Assembly (NCBI GenBank): GCA_947084985.1 | Contig: CAMTUI010000011.1 | Location: forward strand, 10,355 to 74,354 | Direction of reading: 5' to 3' | Origin: Methanobacteriota archaeon | GTDB taxonomy: Archaea; Thermoplasmatota; Thermoplasmata; RBG-16-68-12 | DNA length: 64,000 nucleotides | Shown: piece after piece, positions 41,925 through 50,705 of the stretch | Layout: each line of letters begins with the position of its first letter | Numbering within the stretch: the first letter of the stretch is position 1 | Translations under genes and position numbers: made by a program | The notes under the pieces: generated by a model | Databases searched by the model: none | What the model was told of the DNA's origin: nothing | The model's input: the letters and a program-made list of their open reading frames with translations, nothing else

Positions 41925-42515
41925 TCAGAGGACGCCGCACGCGGGGCATATCCCTCGGCCGTAGCAGTTGCTGCATTTTCGCTCCAGACCGAGGAACGTG
42001 CGAATTCCGCGGCCCGCGCAGTACGGGCAGAAACCGGTGTCCGTGCACCGCTCACACGGCCGCTCGATCTTGCGCATCGTGTATGGGACCTGTCGGTTCG
42101 TCGGGTCCGCGGCCTCGAGCCGTCGGAGGATTTCGAGGGCCTGCGGCCGTCCCGCCTCGCGGTCGCGGCGGAACAGAAGGCTTGCCTTCAGCATGAGGGC
42201 CTTCCAGTGGTCCGGCTGGACCACGAGGACGTCATCGATCGCCGCGAGCGCCTCGTCGTATGCCTGCACGACCTCCGGGCTGTCCTGGAAATCGACCTCA
42301 TAGTCGATCTGACGGCGGATCAGGTCCTGCCTCCGCGCTTCGCGCGCGCGGTCCGCGACACGGATCGCCCGGGCGAGGTGGACGGCGGCATACAGTTCCC
42401 GGACTTCTGGGTCATCGGGCGAGGCCTCGTGCGCCGCCTTCGTGAGAGCGAGGGCTCGGTCGAATTCCCCCCGATCGAGGGCTTGCTTCGCTTCGTCGAG
42501 TGCCGTCGGAGTCAC
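41925..42515 (-). CDS. TPR-like helical protein with C-terminal DnaJ-type CxxCxGxG zinc-finger repeats
   Basis: It has N-terminal TPR-like helices. The C-terminus reads CERCTDTGFCPYCAGRGIRTFLGLERKCSNCYGRGICPACG. Confidence 0.65.
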   Translation of the reverse strand: MTPTALDEAKQALDRGEFDRALALTKAAHEASPDDPEVRELYAAVHLARAIRVADRAREARRQDLIRRQIDYEVDFQDSPEVVQAYDEALAAIDDVLVVQPDHWKALMLKASLLFRRDREAGRPQALEILRRLEAADPTNRQVPYTMRKIERPCERCTDTGFCPYCAGRGIRTFLGLERKCSNCYGRGICPACGVL

Positions 42516-42603
42516 AGTTCCCGGTCCTCAAGGGGGCATCCGATTTAAGCGTACTCCTCCCGGCCACACGAAGTTTCATCTTTGCTCGTTCCTTCGTCCT
42601 TGC

Positions 42604-43053
42604 ATGCGCGAGGCGGACGTCTTCGACCGAACGACATTCGTCGGCCTTGCGCGAGCTACGAAGCGCGACCCTTATCGTTTCTCCCTTTTCGCCAAGCATC
42701 TGGAACCGGACGAGGTGCCCGTCGTCTTCCTGACGATCCACGGAGGCACGCTCATCGTCACGGACCGCCGCATCCTCGAATTCCGCCCGCACCTCGAGAC
42801 CCACGGTGCCTGGAACGTGAAGGCGTTCCTCGGATACGAGATCCACCGTTCCCTGGAGCGCTCCGTCGTAACGGACGCCGCCCACGAACTGCGTCCGACG
42901 GCGGACGGCCGCGGCGGGATCGAGGACCGGCTCGTCCTCACGACGGCGGACGGACCCGAGGAGATCCTCGTGTCGAAGGGCCCGGATCCGACCCTGACCG
43001 GGGAGGAATTCCTCACCCTGCGGGGCGCGATCGTGGGGCCTCAGGCGAAGTAG
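42604..43053 (+). CDS. Hypothetical protein, bacterial-PH (bPH/YdbT)-like
   Basis: VVFLTIHGGTLIVTDRRILEF resembles bPH domain strands. The start is at MREADVF. Confidence 0.45.
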   Translation: MREADVFDRTTFVGLARATKRDPYRFSLFAKHLEPDEVPVVFLTIHGGTLIVTDRRILEFRPHLETHGAWNVKAFLGYEIHRSLERSVVTDAAHELRPTADGRGGIEDRLVLTTADGPEEILVSKGPDPTLTGEEFLTLRGAIVGPQAK

Positions 43054-44309
43054 CCGCTCAACCCGTCGAGCCGCCGGAGTAGCTCGTGGGCAGGCTCGTA
43101 CTCCGGGTTCACCTGGAGGGCCTGGAGGAGGCACTTCCGCGCCTTCTCCCGCAAGCCCTTCTGCAGGTAGACGCGGGCGAGGTTCGTGTATGCGTAGAAA
43201 TAGCAGCAGTATCGCCGCGCCGCGATTGCTTTCTCGAGCCACGGGATCGCGTCGTCGAGCCGGCCGAGCTCGATCAGGTACGCGCCGATGTCGTTGTACG
43301 GATTCCCGAACGTCGGGTCCATCTCGATCGCGCGCTTGCACGCCTCGATCGCGTCGTCGTAGTGGCCCATGAAACTGAATGTCCAACCGTGGAACGTGTG
43401 CGCCTCCGCGGACGCAGCGAGGCGGATTGACCGTTCGTAGGCGTCCGCGGCCCGCTCGAGTTCCCCGGCGCTCTGCAGGATGTACGCTGCCTGGAACGCG
43501 CGGCGCGCCGCGTCCTTGCAGGGCTCCTGGGCGGCGTCGAAGGCCGCCGTGTCGAGGGGGCCGCCGGCGAACGTCTCCTCGACGATGTCCCGGAAGTGCT
43601 GATCGTAGTGGCCGGTGACGCGGCCCTCCCAAGCATGGACGAGCAGGTCCTCCACCGCGAACAAGCGACCGAAGTCGACGCCTTCGGGCCCCGTCGCGTC
43701 GCGGGGTCCTGCGATGACGCCGCCTGGCGCCTCGCTGAACGTCAACTGGGCCGTCTCCCCTCCATGTCGGACGAGCTTGAGGAACGCGAGGTCATGCACG
43801 CCCCGGCCGCGGGCGATCAGGAAGCCCGGATCCGCAAGTAGGGGCTCGAGCTGGCGGGGCGCGGTCGCATCGAGGACGAGAACGCGCTCGAACGTTTCCG
43901 GGGGCGGCTGCGCGACGATCCGGATCCCTTCGAAGCCCGCGGCTCGCAATCGCTCCCCCATGAGCTCACGCCGGTCGGCATCCGTTTCCACGATGACCAC
44001 GCGGTCCGGACCGACGATTTCTGCGAGCAGCGCGGCCGGATACCCGCCGCGGCACCCCGCCACGAGGATGCGGAGGTCCTCCGACGGTTCGAGGAGGTCC
44101 AAGGCCGAGACGAGACACCGTGCGGACGGCATCGTTGGCCCGCGAAGCGGCGCGACGATCGGAAGGGGCATGTCCGCGTAGGCGAGTGATCCGAACGCTT
44201 CCGGAAGGAACGCCTCCTGGCGCACGCGCAGGAAGGCCCGTTCGAGAACGTGGCTGCGGAGGAGGCCGAGGGCTTTCAGCTCGGCAACGAGATCGTCCCG
44301 CGACCACAT
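43041..44309 (-). CDS. PCMT-like methyltransferase domain fused to C-terminal TPR repeats
   Basis: The N-terminus (LERAFLRVRQEAFLPEAF..YADMPLPI..ILVAGCRGGYPAALLAEIVG) resembles protein-L-isoaspartate O-methyltransferase, with an atypical G-rich motif I. The C-terminal ~170 aa has TPR-like AYILQSAGELERAADAYERSI and similar units. Confidence 0.6.
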   Translation of the reverse strand: MWSRDDLVAELKALGLLRSHVLERAFLRVRQEAFLPEAFGSLAYADMPLPIVAPLRGPTMPSARCLVSALDLLEPSEDLRILVAGCRGGYPAALLAEIVGPDRVVIVETDADRRELMGERLRAAGFEGIRIVAQPPPETFERVLVLDATAPRQLEPLLADPGFLIARGRGVHDLAFLKLVRHGGETAQLTFSEAPGGVIAGPRDATGPEGVDFGRLFAVEDLLVHAWEGRVTGHYDQHFRDIVEETFAGGPLDTAAFDAAQEPCKDAARRAFQAAYILQSAGELERAADAYERSIRLAASAEAHTFHGWTFSFMGHYDDAIEACKRAIEMDPTFGNPYNDIGAYLIELGRLDDAIPWLEKAIAARRYCCYFYAYTNLARVYLQKGLREKARKCLLQALQVNPEYEPAHELLRRLDGLSGYFA

Positions 44310-44372
44310 CCTCGGCCCGTCTCCGGTCGTGCCTAAGCGGGCCCTTGACTAAAAGGTTTACAACTCCCTCCC

Positions 44373-45326
44373 TCAGAGCCCGAAGTCCTTCGCATAGAGC
44401 TCCCGCGCGTTCCGGACCTCATCCGGGGTGAGATCGGGCGCGTTCGAGGCCGCGACGTTCTCCTCGACCTGCGTCGCCGTCTTCGCACCGGGGATCGCGA
44501 CGGACACCTCGGGGAACGCGAGGACGAAACGAAGGGCGGCCTGGGCCATCGTTCGACCGTCGCGCGCGAGGAACGCGAGGTTCCGAACCGCGTTGGAACG
44601 GGCCGCGATCATGGAGGGGGGCCAGTGATGGCGGATGTCCCCGGCCGGGAATCGAGCCTCGGGCCGGATCTTGCCCGCGAGGAACCCGTTCGCCAAGGGT
44701 TCGCGGGCGATGATCCCGACATTTGCCTTGCGGGCCTCCGGAAACACCTCATCGATCCATTCCTGGCGGAGCAGGCTGAAGGGGACCTGCAGGACGTCCG
44801 GCTTGCCCGCCTCGATGCATAGGAGGGCCTCGACGGGCTCGTGGACCGAGACGCCGTAGTGGTCGATCTTGTGTTCCGCCTTCAGGGTCTCGAGGACGTC
44901 GTACGTCACGGGGTCTCCCATCATCTCCGCCGGCGGGTTGTGCAGCTGGTACAGATCGACGCGGTCCGTTCGCAAGCGTTCCAGGGACCGTTCTAACGCG
45001 AACGCGATGTAGCCCGGTTCGAGGTTCAAGCGCACCCCGCCGTGGTAGAAGTCGCCGCCGACCTTCGTCGCGATGTGCACATCGTCTCGGTTCCCCGCCA
45101 ACGCCTGGCCGAGGATCGCCTCGCTGTGCCCCCAGCCGTAGACGTCCGCGGTGTCGATGAAATTCACGCCCAAGGCGACCGCGCGCCGGATCGCCTCGAT
45201 GGACTCGCGGTCGTCCGTCGGCCCGTACGAATTCCCGTGGGCGTTCCCGCCGACCGCCCACGCTCCGAAGCCGATCTCTGCGACCTTGAGGCCCGTGCGG
45301 CCGAGGGTCCTCGTCTTCACGGCCAT
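44373..45326 (-). CDS. Aldo/keto reductase
   Basis: RTLGRTGLKVAEIGFGAW, FIDTADVYG and DLYQLHNP are present. The start is at MAVKTRTL. Confidence 0.9.
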   Translation of the reverse strand: MAVKTRTLGRTGLKVAEIGFGAWAVGGNAHGNSYGPTDDRESIEAIRRAVALGVNFIDTADVYGWGHSEAILGQALAGNRDDVHIATKVGGDFYHGGVRLNLEPGYIAFALERSLERLRTDRVDLYQLHNPPAEMMGDPVTYDVLETLKAEHKIDHYGVSVHEPVEALLCIEAGKPDVLQVPFSLLRQEWIDEVFPEARKANVGIIAREPLANGFLAGKIRPEARFPAGDIRHHWPPSMIAARSNAVRNLAFLARDGRTMAQAALRFVLAFPEVSVAIPGAKTATQVEENVAASNAPDLTPDEVRNARELYAKDFGL

Positions 45327-45479
45327 GCGAACGTCGCGTATCGCATGAACCTTTGGAGGGGGCGTATCGTGCCCTCCAACGCCGCCCACAAAATCGGTCG
45401 TGGGAATCGGACGGAGGGATTCAAGCCGTTCGCCAAGCCCGAGGGTCCGCCTGCGTCCCGCGGGCGGGCCTCCAACCCT

Positions 45480-46174
45480 TTTCTCCTTTCGTCGCTTGCG
45501 GGCCGCCCAGGAGCGCTTTTTCGACGAATGGGAGGAGCTCGGGGCGGCCGCCTGGTACGAGATCTGGATCGAGGCACTCGACGCGCCGAGGAAGAAGGTC
45601 GCCCGGGTCCTCGGAGCCGATCACGATGAGATCGCCCTCGCCCCGAGCGTCTCCGTCGCGCTCATGGCTCCTCGGCGGGACGGGAATCGCGTTCATGTAC
45701 GTCCGGAAGGACCCCATCCGGGATCTCCAGCCGACGATCGCCGGCCGGTCCGGGAACGCGCGCATGTTTGCCTTCAATCCGAAGGAGTTCGCGTACCACG
45801 AAACCGCACGGCGCTTCGAGCTTGGCACGACGGCGAACGCCGCGGTCTACGCGGCTTCCGCGAGCCTGGACATCATCCACGAGATTGGGGTCGAACGGAT
45901 TCGAGACCGGACGACGGAGCTCGTCTCGGACCTGATTGGACGGCTCCAGGACGCGCACCTCGCGATTCGCACGCCGGAGGCGCCGGAAGCACGGGCGGAA
46001 ATCGTGATGGTCCCAGCGGACGATCCCGCGTCGATCGTCCGGGCCCTCGGCCACCGAGGGATCATCGTGGACTATCGACACGACCGGATCCGTGCATCCC
46101 CGTACTTCTACAACACGCCGGAAGACAACGAGCGTTTCGTCGAAGCGCTCCGCGCCGCTCTGAAAAAATCCTAG
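45480..46174 (+). pseudogene. Class V aminotransferase / cysteine-desulfurase-fold gene with internal deletion and frame change
   Basis: Frame 1 encodes an N-terminal piece (AQERFFDEWEELGAAAWYEIWIEALDAPRKKVARVLGADHDEIALAPSVSVAL). At ~45660 the homology jumps to frame 2 (LLGGTGIAFMYVRKDP...YFYNTPEDNERFVEAL), which is the post-PLP-lysine C-terminal region. The ~150 aa in between, including the PLP lysine, is missing. Confidence 0.6.
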
Positions 46175-46707
46175 GCCCGGAAGCTCGACCGCGAAAGGAG
46201 GACGAGCACGAGTCCGAAAGCCCCGAGGAGCGACGCCTCGAACAAGAAACCAATCGTCAGGACGGAGAAGATCGCGCACACGAGGGTCAGTCGCCAGTTC
46301 CGCCGCTGGAGCGCCATGACGCCACCGAGGATCGCAACCGCTTGGGACCAAATCGAGATGAGTCCGCAGACCTGGGCGAACGCGATCAACTCCGGCGAGT
46401 TGTTCGTGAAGTTCGCGTACTCGGCCACGGAAGGCAAGTTCACCGCGCTGTAGACCGAGCTCGCGATACCGAGGATGCCCGCGAGGACAAGGAGGATCCC
46501 CGCGACGGTCGGCAGGTTGGCGCGCGCCTCCCGGACCGGGGGCGGAGTCCAGCTCGGACTGGGAGCCTGATATTCTTCCGGCCGGGGAACCCAGGCGGCC
46601 GGGCGTTCCTGGGGAGCCGGGGTCTGCGCCTCCCCCGGTTTCAGGAATTCGACGGGAGGGGGCGAAACGCGCCGCTTCGCTAGAGGTTGCGGATCCTCAT
46701 CGGCCAT
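46171..46707 (-). CDS. Hypothetical membrane protein (Pro-rich N-terminus, 4 TM)
   Basis: TM segments include TVAGILLVLAGILGIASSVY and LISIWSQAVAILGGVMAL. The start is taken at MADEDPQ. Confidence 0.6.
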   Translation of the reverse strand: MADEDPQPLAKRRVSPPPVEFLKPGEAQTPAPQERPAAWVPRPEEYQAPSPSWTPPPVREARANLPTVAGILLVLAGILGIASSVYSAVNLPSVAEYANFTNNSPELIAFAQVCGLISIWSQAVAILGGVMALQRRNWRLTLVCAIFSVLTIGFLFEASLLGAFGLVLVLLSRSSFRA

Positions 46708-46801
46708 CGCGTCGGGACGAAGAGGGCGGATGCTACTTAACGATGCTGCATCCGCCTCCCTCCTGCGCGCGCGTCTCTTTAGCCCTTTCCCGGACGATCC
46801 C

Positions 46802-47131
46802 ATGCAGGCGTTCAGCATGTCGGACCTCGAGGCAGATCGCGCTCGGCGCGGAATCCTCTACCACGAGTTCCTCCGGGTGCCGTCGATGAGTTGCGGGGTG
46901 TACGGCGTGCCCGCCGGCGGCTCGGATCCGCAGACGCCGCACGCGGAGGACGAAGTCTACTATGTGGTCCGCGGCCGGGGCCGCATTCGCGTCGGTTCGG
47001 AGGACCGCGAGGTCCTCGGAGGCTCGATCGTCTTCGTGCCTGCGGCGGAGGATCATCGGTTCCACGATGTCGTGGAGGACCTGGTCATTCTCGTGTTCTT
47101 CGCGCCCGCCGAGGGAACCGTCGCTCCGTGA
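46802..47131 (+). CDS. Cupin domain protein
   Basis: HAEDEVYYVVRGRGRIRVG...GGSIVFVPAAEDHRF is present. Confidence 0.75.
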   Translation: MQAFSMSDLEADRARRGILYHEFLRVPSMSCGVYGVPAGGSDPQTPHAEDEVYYVVRGRGRIRVGSEDREVLGGSIVFVPAAEDHRFHDVVEDLVILVFFAPAEGTVAP

Positions 47132-47175
47132 GCCACGAGCGGGCGCTTCGGAGGACCGGGAGCGAATCGTGCGAA

Positions 47176-50037
47176 ATGTTATCTAGGCACACGGTCGCTA
47201 TTGGGCGGAGCCCATCGACCGTGACGATTCGAAGTCTCACGGTGAAGGAGAAGATTCTCCTCCACCTGTTCGACTACAACCGATTCGCCGAGGGCTACGA
47301 GGCCCCGCCCGAGGTGACGCAGGAAGCGATCGCCCAAGCCGTCGGGATCCGCGTTCACCACGTGAGCCAGTACGTGAAGCCGCTCATCTCCGAATCCTTC
47401 GTCGAGGAGCGCACCTCTCATGTCCGCGGTCGGGCTCGCCGTCGGAAGGTGTACTTCCTCACGCCGGGTGGGCGAGGCCGCGTCGCCGCGCTTCGTGGCG
47501 TCCTCCTTGAGGAGTCGGTCCCCCTCCGGCGGGCGGTCGGCGAGGGAGTCCTGACGCCCCTCGCCCGGATCTACCAAGAGGAGCGACGGGGATCGTCCCT
47601 CCTCGAGTTGCTCCAAGAACTCGCCGCAAGCGGGGCGATCGCGGAGACATCGGAGGTCCGCGCGCCAGGGACTATCGAGTTCACCCAGGAGGCCGTCCGG
47701 CCCGAGCGATTCTATGGTCGACGCGCGGAGATCGACGGAGTCCTTCGGGCGGTCGCAGAGACGCCTATGGTCGTCGTTACAGGGATGGCCGGGATCGGGA
47801 AGACGGCCCTCGGGGCGATGGTCTGCGAGGAGCTCCGTGGGCATCGTTCCCTCTTCTGGCGCGAGGTGCGCCCGTGGGACACCGCCACGGACCTCGCATT
47901 GCGGCTTGCGGCGTTCCTCAAGAGCCACGGCCGCCTCGCCACCTCGTCGATCCTGATTGCGGGCGCGGCTCGGGGACTCGGCCGCCTCGAAGAATGCCTT
48001 CAAGCGGATCTGGAAGGCCTGCCCGCCCTCCTCGTCTACGACGACGTCCACCAGGCGGACAACGATGCCCCCTCGTTCCTCACCCTTCTCCTGAAGATCT
48101 TGAAGCGTCGGACAGGGACCTCGGCATTGGTCCTCTCACGGACCGTGCCGGAGTTCTACAGCCGGCGGGACGTGGCGGTCGAGGGGTCCGTGCGGGAGCT
48201 CGCCCTCCAGGGCCTCGACCCGACGAGCAGCGCGGCCCTCTTGGGGGACATGGGGATCCGCGACCCCCTCGCGGGAAGCCTGGTCGAAACGTGTGGCGGA
48301 ATCCCGCTCTTCCTGAAACTCGTCGCGCACTCCCGCCTCGAAGGCACGCCGGAATCCGGATGGCAGACCCTCGAGGCGTACATCTCGGAGCAGATCGAGC
48401 CTGCACTCGACGACGCGGAACGAGCCTGCATGGAGGCCGCTTCGTTCTACTACGTGCCCGTGCCATCGGAAGGCCTCCTCGTGGAGGGGAAGGCGGGTCG
48501 GCGAACCCTCCTGAGCCTGGAACGAAAAGGACTCCTCAGCCCCTTCAGTGTGGATCGCTACACGGCCCACGACGCGATCCAGACGTACTTCCAAAAGGCC
48601 CTCTCGTCGGAACGGCGGGCGGCTCTCGCCCCCCTGGTCAGCGCCTGGTTGTCCGTCCAGGGCGGAAACGCGGAGACCAAGGGGCGATTGCAGGAGGCGA
48701 TCATGTACCTCGGGAACGCGGTCGCAATCGAGCGGGGTCGCGTGAGACCTGCGGCGACCCTCCACCGCTTGGGGGACCTTCGGCGCCACGTAGGGGATCA
48801 TCTCGGAGCGAAGGAGGCGTACCAGGAGGCCCTGGGTGGTATGCAGGATCCCGGAACGAAGGCGCGCCTCCTGCAAAAGATCGCGTTGTGTCTCGAAAAA
48901 CTCGGCCGGCTGGACGATGCGGATCGGGAAATCGAGCAGGGCCTGAAGCTCATGCCGGGGCATCCGTCTCCAGAGGCCGCTTGGCTGTTCTATCAGAGTG
49001 CAAGCGTCGCGTACGAGCGGCAGGACTACGGTAAGGCGTTGACCGAAGTCGAGCGGGTCACAAGCTGGCTCGCAGGTCTCCCGCGAGATCCCGAGCTCTG
49101 GGGCTGGCTTGCGAACTTGCGAGGGCTTGTTCACCTGTACGATCCTTCGCGATTTGACCCCGCGTTGGCCCAAGAGGATTTCCGCGAGGCGATTGATGCT
49201 TGGAAGACCATCGACAACAAGCGCGGCCTCTGCATGACCTACAACAACTACTTCCTGGCCGCGGTGGAACTCGGCCAAGGGGACGCGGCCCTTTCGTATC
49301 TTGATGAATGCATCGCCATCGCGGAGCGCCTGGGTGACGTGCCGGCGCGAGAGACGGCGATGTTCACGAAGGCGTGGTTCCTCTCGGAGTATCGTGGTGA
49401 TTACGAGGCGGCGGACGCGCTTTACAAGCAGACGTATCGACTCGCGAAGGAGACCCACGAGCGATTCAAGGTGGTGTACCACTACGAGCACTTCGCGGGC
49501 CTCTATCGGCGTCAGGGGAGGAACGAGGAGGCGAAGGAGTCGCTGGAATACTTCCTCGACGAGAGTGGTCCGATGCTGAATCCTGCGAATCGCATCGAAG
49601 TGCTCACGCTCATGGTCCGCATTTGCGTGCGATGCGCCCACACGGACCAGGCGGACGGATATCTTGAGGAGGCTCTTCGCCTCGCTGCGGCGCATCCGAC
49701 GGATTTTGCCGAAGCGGTGATTGGGTGGGCCCGCGCGGTGCTCCTCGCGCAGCGCGGGAACCGGCAGGGAGCCGCGGCGAGCTTCCAACGGGCCAGCGAG
49801 GCGACGTGGCCTGCGTCCCAGCTAGAGGATCGTATCGAGTTCTTGATTGATTACGGGCGCTTCCTGGCGTCTCTGGGCGAGACCGCTCGAGCGACGGACG
49901 TTCTCCTCCACGCGCAGAAGGAACTTCCGCCGGGTCGTGAGCCTCTGGCGAAGGCCCTCACCGACGCTTTCGCTGTCCTTCCTCGCCCTGAGTATGATCG
50001 TGCAGGACGACCTGCAGGTTCCGGGCGAACGTCTTGA
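47176..50037 (+). CDS. STAND NTPase: N-terminal winged-HTH, NB-ARC/AP-ATPase core, C-terminal TPR array
   Basis: The wHTH is KEKILLHLFDY..TQEAIAQAVGIRVHHVSQYVKPLISESFVEE..RKVYFLTPGG. Walker A is VVVTGMAGIGKT, Walker B is LLVYDDVH, and the GxP-like motif is CGGIPLFLKLV. About 500 aa of TPR-like repeats follow. The start is at the ATG at 47176. Confidence 0.8.
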   Translation: MLSRHTVAIGRSPSTVTIRSLTVKEKILLHLFDYNRFAEGYEAPPEVTQEAIAQAVGIRVHHVSQYVKPLISESFVEERTSHVRGRARRRKVYFLTPGGRGRVAALRGVLLEESVPLRRAVGEGVLTPLARIYQEERRGSSLLELLQELAASGAIAETSEVRAPGTIEFTQEAVRPERFYGRRAEIDGVLRAVAETPMVVVTGMAGIGKTALGAMVCEELRGHRSLFWREVRPWDTATDLALRLAAFLKSHGRLATSSILIAGAARGLGRLEECLQADLEGLPALLVYDDVHQADNDAPSFLTLLLKILKRRTGTSALVLSRTVPEFYSRRDVAVEGSVRELALQGLDPTSSAALLGDMGIRDPLAGSLVETCGGIPLFLKLVAHSRLEGTPESGWQTLEAYISEQIEPALDDAERACMEAASFYYVPVPSEGLLVEGKAGRRTLLSLERKGLLSPFSVDRYTAHDAIQTYFQKALSSERRAALAPLVSAWLSVQGGNAETKGRLQEAIMYLGNAVAIERGRVRPAATLHRLGDLRRHVGDHLGAKEAYQEALGGMQDPGTKARLLQKIALCLEKLGRLDDADREIEQGLKLMPGHPSPEAAWLFYQSASVAYERQDYGKALTEVERVTSWLAGLPRDPELWGWLANLRGLVHLYDPSRFDPALAQEDFREAIDAWKTIDNKRGLCMTYNNYFLAAVELGQGDAALSYLDECIAIAERLGDVPARETAMFTKAWFLSEYRGDYEAADALYKQTYRLAKETHERFKVVYHYEHFAGLYRRQGRNEEAKESLEYFLDESGPMLNPANRIEVLTLMVRICVRCAHTDQADGYLEEALRLAAAHPTDFAEAVIGWARAVLLAQRGNRQGAAASFQRASEATWPASQLEDRIEFLIDYGRFLASLGETARATDVLLHAQKELPPGREPLAKALTDAFAVLPRPEYDRAGRPAGSGRTS

Positions 50038-50260
50038 CGAACCGGTTGAGTCGGTCGCCCGTCATCGCCTCCCGACACGCCGCAGGAAGTGCCCGCACCG
50101 ACCGGGTAACCGCGGCCGTCAGGAGCTTTTCCTGCTCGTCCTTCGCGAACGGATTCCAGCGTTCTTTGTCCGGGAACCGAATCGATCCACACCCGAGGAT
50201 GTGTCCCCAAGTGGGCACTCCCTCCTCCGAGCCCTTACCGTGGCAGCCTGAGCAGCCCAT
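49958..50260 (-). CDS. Hypothetical protein (100 aa) with N-terminal CxxC
   Basis: A strong SD (GGAGAGGTGAT) lies just upstream of the ATG. The composition is protein-like. The 3' end overlaps the convergent STAND gene by 80 nt. Confidence 0.5.
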   Translation of the reverse strand: MGCSGCHGKGSEEGVPTWGHILGCGSIRFPDKERWNPFAKDEQEKLLTAAVTRSVRALPAACREAMTGDRLNRFVKTFARNLQVVLHDHTQGEEGQRKRR

Positions 50261-50341
50261 TGCATCACCTCTCCCCGCGAGAACGGGCCTTGGCTATCGC
50301 CTATGCCCCTCCTCGGCGGTCCGGCATTCATCGGTAAACGG

Positions 50342-50394
50342 AAAAAGGTATCCCACGGCCGTTGGGATCTCGGGAGAGGGATGCGGGCCGTGGG
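50342..50394 (-). terminator. Hairpin plus T5 tract downstream of the micro-operon
   Basis: On the minus strand, cccacggcc (50394-50386) pairs with ggccgtggg (50360-50352), giving a 9-bp perfect stem with a 25-nt loop. It is followed by ataccTTTTTc, and it starts 2 nt after the peptide stop codon. Confidence 0.5.
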
Positions 50395-50395
50395 T

Positions 50396-50467
50396 TCAGA
50401 AGACGATGGGCCGCCAGTAGATCAGCCGCGCGATGGCTGCGAGGAACAAAACCGCTGCGAGGAACAT
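50396..50467 (-). CDS. 23-aa hydrophobic peptide MFLAAVLFLAAIARLIYWRPIVF
   Basis: GGAGGTG lies 6 nt upstream of the ATG, and the upstream gene stop TGA lies inside this SD-start spacer. It encodes a single predicted TM helix and is followed by the terminator-like hairpin. Confidence 0.45.
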   Translation of the reverse strand: MFLAAVLFLAAIARLIYWRPIVF

Positions 50468-50470
50468 GGG

Positions 50471-50701
50471 TCACACCTCCGTGCGTTCGGGTACTTCTCT
50501 CGCGCCCCTTGTCGGCGCGGCGTAGGTCGCGAAGTCCGCGTCGGCCCCGTGCCCCCGCTGTTGGAGGCGCGGGAACCAGACGGTTGCGGCCTTCGCGAGA
50601 TTCCGCAGGAGCCCGACCCCCGGGGGTTCTCTTTTCGGGACGGGCGGTCCCGGGGCCGGGAAGGCGTAGAACGTCCGGTAGTTCACGTACGCGCTCGCCA
50701 C
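50471..50701 (-). CDS. Hypothetical small protein (76 aa, GTG start)
   Basis: The GTG lies 4 nt after the TAG of the upstream gene, with GGAGGG upstream. Its own stop is embedded in the SD region of the peptide gene. Confidence 0.45.
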   Translation of the reverse strand: MASAYVNYRTFYAFPAPGPPVPKREPPGVGLLRNLAKAATVWFPRLQQRGHGADADFATYAAPTRGAREVPERTEV

Positions 50702-50705
50702 CGGA

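Noticed and set aside
48136-49788. 550-aa minus-strand ORF antisense to the STAND NTPase.
   Set aside because: It has no recognisable motifs and is R/L/E/V-rich. The plus frame has NB-ARC motifs and TPR periodicity.
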